Below are positions 59,634 to 64,000 of a stretch of 64,000 nucleotides of DNA, one piece after another. The translations under genes and the position numbers were made by a program. This DNA comes from Tubiluchus corallicola (taxonomy: Eukaryota > Animalia > Priapulida). Below the pieces are notes generated by a model. It saw nothing but the letters and a program-made list of their open reading frames with translations. It did no database searches and was not told the origin of the DNA. Position 1 is the first letter of the stretch; each line of letters begins with the position of its first letter. The stretch covers positions 62,001 to 126,000 of the forward strand of contig JAQGDQ010000248.1 of NCBI GenBank assembly GCA_030141605.1. The letters are read 5' to 3'.

Positions 59634-61398
59634 ATGGGAAGAAAGGTTACATTGGCAACATGCACACTAAACCAGTTTGCTATGGATTTTGACAGGAACC
59701 TGAAAAATATTTTAAAAAGTATCATTTATAAATATAATAGTAAATGCTTTGCTAGTTACTTGGAAACTCACTAAATTTCTCACTGCGTAATTACATTTAA
59801 CAAAGTTCCTTATCAATAGTTGAAGTGGGTTACAGTTGTATGGCTTAGTAAGCAATTGTATGGCTTCTCTAGCAAGTGGCAATCTCACCCTAGCAGGGTC
59901 TGTAATTGCTACAAGCAGGATTTGAAGTAGATCGGGCTGCACTGTTGCATTTTTCTACATTTGATGACCCTTGGAATCATTACTTTGGAATTCATTTTTG
60001 TTAAAAATTTTTCGTTTGTTTTGATGTCAAACTGTGACCTGCATTGTGCATACTAAACTCTGCCAGGTATCTGTGCAGTGTCAAACTCCTCGACTGTGCT
60101 GTTTGTTGAATAATAGTTATCCCCATCCACACAGCAAACTTATCTAACTTATTAATTTTAATATGTATGCTCTCTTGCGTTATTTAAATAATATTTTGTT
60201 GACAGGTATTGCAGAAGCTAAAGCCAAAGGTGCTACCTACAGACTTGGTCCTGAACTGGAAATTACGTGAGTTTTGCTTAAATTAAAATTATTTTTCATG
60301 CATGAGACTATATTCTGTATTTGATATGTGGATGGTAACCAGTTTCATGTTATTGACAACATATTCAGGTTATTTGAAATGATACATCATTTCAGTGCAG
60401 TAAAATGTGGGCTATCTGATGTTCATTTTTTACTGTACATTTTGACATTACTATAATGCAAAACATTGCAATGCCACTTAATAGTAGATATGTGCTAGTG
60501 GTGAGAGATTTGGTTGGATTTTTGTCATCAACTTTTCAGATATGAAATCAATTTAACTATAGATTACAATCAATCGGTAATGTTATTTTACGAGATTTTG
60601 AACAGACACACGTGCAAGCACCTGTCTGTGCTTATGAGAAACCATAGCAGCTAAGAAGTGTTGCCAGGATGCTACGTTACTGGTTTACTGTGCAAAAGTA
60701 GTGTGATATATTGCTTGATTTCACTGCAATGACCTCTATGTTTACTGTGCGATTTTTGGGGTTTTTCTGAAAAAAGTGCAAATATCATCGGTAATGCAAA
60801 CTATTTGTGTCTGCAACTGAAAAGATAATCACATATCGCTCATAATTAATTAATCGGTGCCACCACTAATATGCGGTAAGCTTAATTGGTATGTGGTAGG
60901 CCTAATTACTTTATGTCACATATATATGGTACTTTTTAGTGGTTACGGATGTTCAGATCATTTCTACGAGAGTGACACATTCCTGCATTCTTTTGAAGTC
61001 CTTGCGGAACTCTTGAAAGATCCTATCTGCATAGACATTATAGTAGATGTTGGCATGTAAGTTGTCATATTTTAAGATTTTTTTTTAAATTTTAATCTTA
61101 TGTTGGATTAATACTTGGTTTATGATATTCTTATTGATTAATTTCGTCAAATTTTCTAAATATTAAATTTTGTAACTGTAAAGATACAAAAGCTATTTGG
61201 GAATTACTTCACCTGCCTTTATTGTTTTCTCCTGTGCTGGGGTTATTAATAAGTTTATTAAATTTTATTAATAACTTTAATACTTTTTGCACTGATGGTC
61301 AGTTGAGAACAAAATATTTTACTTTACTAATACTTGCATTTTAGGCCAATTCGACACAAGAATGTGGCGTACAATTGCAGAGTCATATTTCTCAATAA
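59634..61398 (+). CDS. NADSYN1: Glutamine-dependent NAD(+) synthetase, coding exons 1-4 (gene continues beyond the window)
   Basis: Exons 59634-59718 ([28 protein letters not shown]), 60206-60266 ([20 protein letters not shown]), 60940-61056 ([26 protein letters not shown]...IIVDVGM), 61345-61398 ([17 protein letters not shown]). Phases consistent; closely matches the nitrilase-like N-terminus of metazoan NADSYN1. Confidence 0.96.
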
Positions 61399-61494
61399 GT
61401 AAGTAATTTTTATTTATGGTAAGTTATCTACTGATGGTAATTATAGGTTAAGGGTATAAGTGATGAGTGGTTATGATATATGCTTAGTTTATAA

Positions 61495-61550
61495 CATAGT
61501 CAAATGTCGCCAAGCCTGGTTAGTAAATAAATGGGTGACTGGGAAAACTG
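61495..61550 (+). pseudogene. Highly degenerate 5S rRNA-derived fragment
   Basis: AATGTCGCCAAGCCTGGTTAGTAAATAAATGGGTGACTGGGAAAAC resembles the box C half of the 22308-22443 element. Confidence 0.45.
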
Positions 61551-62713
61551 CTTCTGGCTGGTTTCGTCTGTTATATTGCCTCCAGCTATAGCTTTTTGCG
61601 AAAGTGAATATATAGTCGAACATAGCTAAGGCATATGTGCCAGTTCATTTTCTAAGAGATAACACTTGTTATGATTATGCCACGAGTTACCTAACAGACA
61701 TCAATACTTGTAGTAGAACTCTGCTGTTGAGTGGTAGACATTGGCTTGGAGAAAACCAAACTACATATAAAAAAATTAGACTGAAATTAGGTTGATCTTA
61801 TGGACACAACAGAACTTTCCGCATCATGATGGTTTAACCACCATCCCTCTAAAAGTCACACTCTTGAATCGACCAACCCCGAAACAAGAAGTTTTGGAAG
61901 CAACGTACAAAATCCGGGGACCCAATTGTGCTCCATTCCGTAATTTTTAACTCGTGGGGAAATGCATTTAAGAAGGAATTTCTAGGCTTTGAAGACCACA
62001 TGCCATTCCAGTACTCTGTGCTAACAAACACCCACACTTAAATGAGAATAAAGCAAGCTCAACAATTAACCCATCAAATCTCTGTCTCATGATTGAAGAA
62101 ATTTTATCAGAAGAATTTTATCTTTGTCTGGTAGGTGATCTGCAAGAGCTCAATTTCGTCTTGTGTCTCGCAAGTAATGGCATTTCTCCTCTCGATGGAT
62201 GAGAAAATAGTTGGCCAAGAAACAAGAAATGGAATTACCCTATATCATCATGCTAACATGAATTTATTATTAAATTTGTTGCCATTTGTGATAATACTAA
62301 TTATTTAGCTGTCCCTTGCAGTTTGCAGGCCCAGGGGCAGTATGCAAACCCTGGGAGTTTATGGGGCCCTTGGTTTAAGCTGATAAGCTGATGCCAAAGC
62401 ACTGGGATTTCTGGGATAAAGACTTCATAATTTGGCACTATACTGCTGGTGTTATTGCCTTCTTAGTTCTTGCATACATTACAAAGACAGAGCTTTACAA
62501 TCTAAATGCTGTTTTAATCAAAGTTATTACAAAAAAATACAAAATTACATTTTATTTGAAATAAAATTCCTCCGTAAAAATTTTAATTACATTTTGCGAC
62601 AAGAATTTCTCGTCTCATTTTATCTCTGCTTCTCTGGTCTGAAAAAATTTTTCTCTCAGAATTTTACTAACTAGAAAAGCACCAGCAAATGAACCATGAC
62701 AATAGCCTGTGAC

Positions 62714-63587
62714 AAGTGTTGGGTTAGTTACTTTTGAGAAGTAATTTGTTTTGATTACTAATTACTTCCAAGAAATTGACATCAAATTACTCACTACAGA
62801 TTACTTTTAGAAATTGTAATCCCTCGCCGATTACTCATTATTTTTGTGTACTAGCTTGAGTGATACTTTGGTAAAAACTGCATATCTGTTTGGCTTTAGT
62901 GAAATTGCCTAAATCTGTCGTAAGGTTAATTCACAATTTTCCAGCGAAATTAACTGCAACATTTTCACTGACAAGTTGTTAAGAAAGTTCATTGGTGCAA
63001 ACCGGCAGCAGCTAGTTTCACAATAATAGGTGTAGCAAAACAGATTACTGAAATTTATAATGGTGGGCGATAATTGATGCTAATATCAGATCTGATCTAA
63101 TTTTTTTATTTTCCCAAACATGTTAAAATTTAAAAGCTCCTGCTTGCTGAGCTGTCAAAGAAAGCGTGATCTTTGTGTCACCTGTATCCATTGCAAACAA
63201 CTAATACATTTGCATGCAATTCAGCTGCATTACTTGCTTTACTGAGCTAGTTACGCTGTCCTTCAATGCTTGCTCTTTGCACATGACCATCTGTTGCAGT
63301 CAGTCTCACTATCATGTAAGGTCATTTTATGTGAGCAAAGTAATAAACAACCGTGTGTCATGCATATAGGCGTTGTGTGGCAGAGATAAACAAAAACAAA
63401 GCGGATAAATGATCAAAACAGCCCAAGTTTAAAATGTTCTTGGATAGATGAGTAATGCAGGTTTAGCAGCATTATCACCAAAGCAATGAGTAATTTGATT
63501 ACAAGACTGAGCAGAGTAATTGTGTTACATTACTCGTTACTAAAAAAGTAATCTAATTACAGTAATGCATTACTATCCAACACACTG
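62714..63587. mobile_element. hAT-type MITE in a NADSYN1 intron
   Basis: Ends (C/A)AGTGTTGGG ... TCCAACACACTG, subterminal GTAAT/ATTAC repeats, imperfect 8-bp TSD CCTGTGAC/CCAGTGGC. Confidence 0.65.
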
Positions 63588-64000
63588 CCAGTGGCTGACT
63601 GGTTAATATGAAATCAGAAGAAGTAGCGTAAATTATTAGCATTATTTAGCCTTGGGATAATAAGCAGACTTGTTGACAAAGTGAGAGCACAACAATTTTG
63701 GGGTCGGGTACAGTTTCTTGTAATCTATTTTATATATTTTCTTTTGAGAAAAATTATTTAGTTTATAAACAATTTGGTTCTCGAACAGCCATTTGGAACT
63801 AGTTAAGTTTGTGAACCGAGGTTAGACAAGTATTTTCACACCCCTGGAAAATACCCTCGAATCAATTAACATTCTGCTTTAACGGACCACCTATCCCCTT
63901 TTAGTCTGTTGATTTTGGTGTTAAAGTGGAAGGGAAGGGAAGTTTAATGTAGGTCCTAAGAACTTTTCATACAAAGTTACATTACTTTGTATTAAAGACT

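Overview
AT-rich, intron-containing eukaryotic (invertebrate animal) genomic DNA. The supplied ORF track is mostly noise, so genes were rebuilt by hand from GT-AG splice sites with reading-phase checks. Contents in order: (1) two tandem, recently duplicated S1 (chymotrypsin-like) serine protease genes with C-terminal hydrophobic tails on the + strand (copy 1 truncated by the window start; copy 2 complete, 7 exons, 337 aa), with a decayed LRR-CT/TM receptor remnant between them; (2) a 3-exon orphan secreted-protein gene (- strand, 267 aa); (3) a 13-exon ionotropic glutamate receptor gene (- strand, 493-495 aa) with no amino-terminal domain, Trp at the Q/R/N site, a degenerate SYTANLAAF gate (AFTAALTAS) and a pair of phase-locked, apparently mutually exclusive exons encoding the ligand-contacting start of S2, which is the most interesting feature of the window; (4) the first four exons of glutamine-dependent NAD+ synthetase (NADSYN1, + strand). 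Interspersed are LINE and Penelope remnants (one with a hammerhead-like motif), Helitron ends, Harbinger/piggyBac/hAT-type MITEs, 5S- and tRNA-derived sequences and long microsatellites. No database searches were run; family calls rest on motif recognition.
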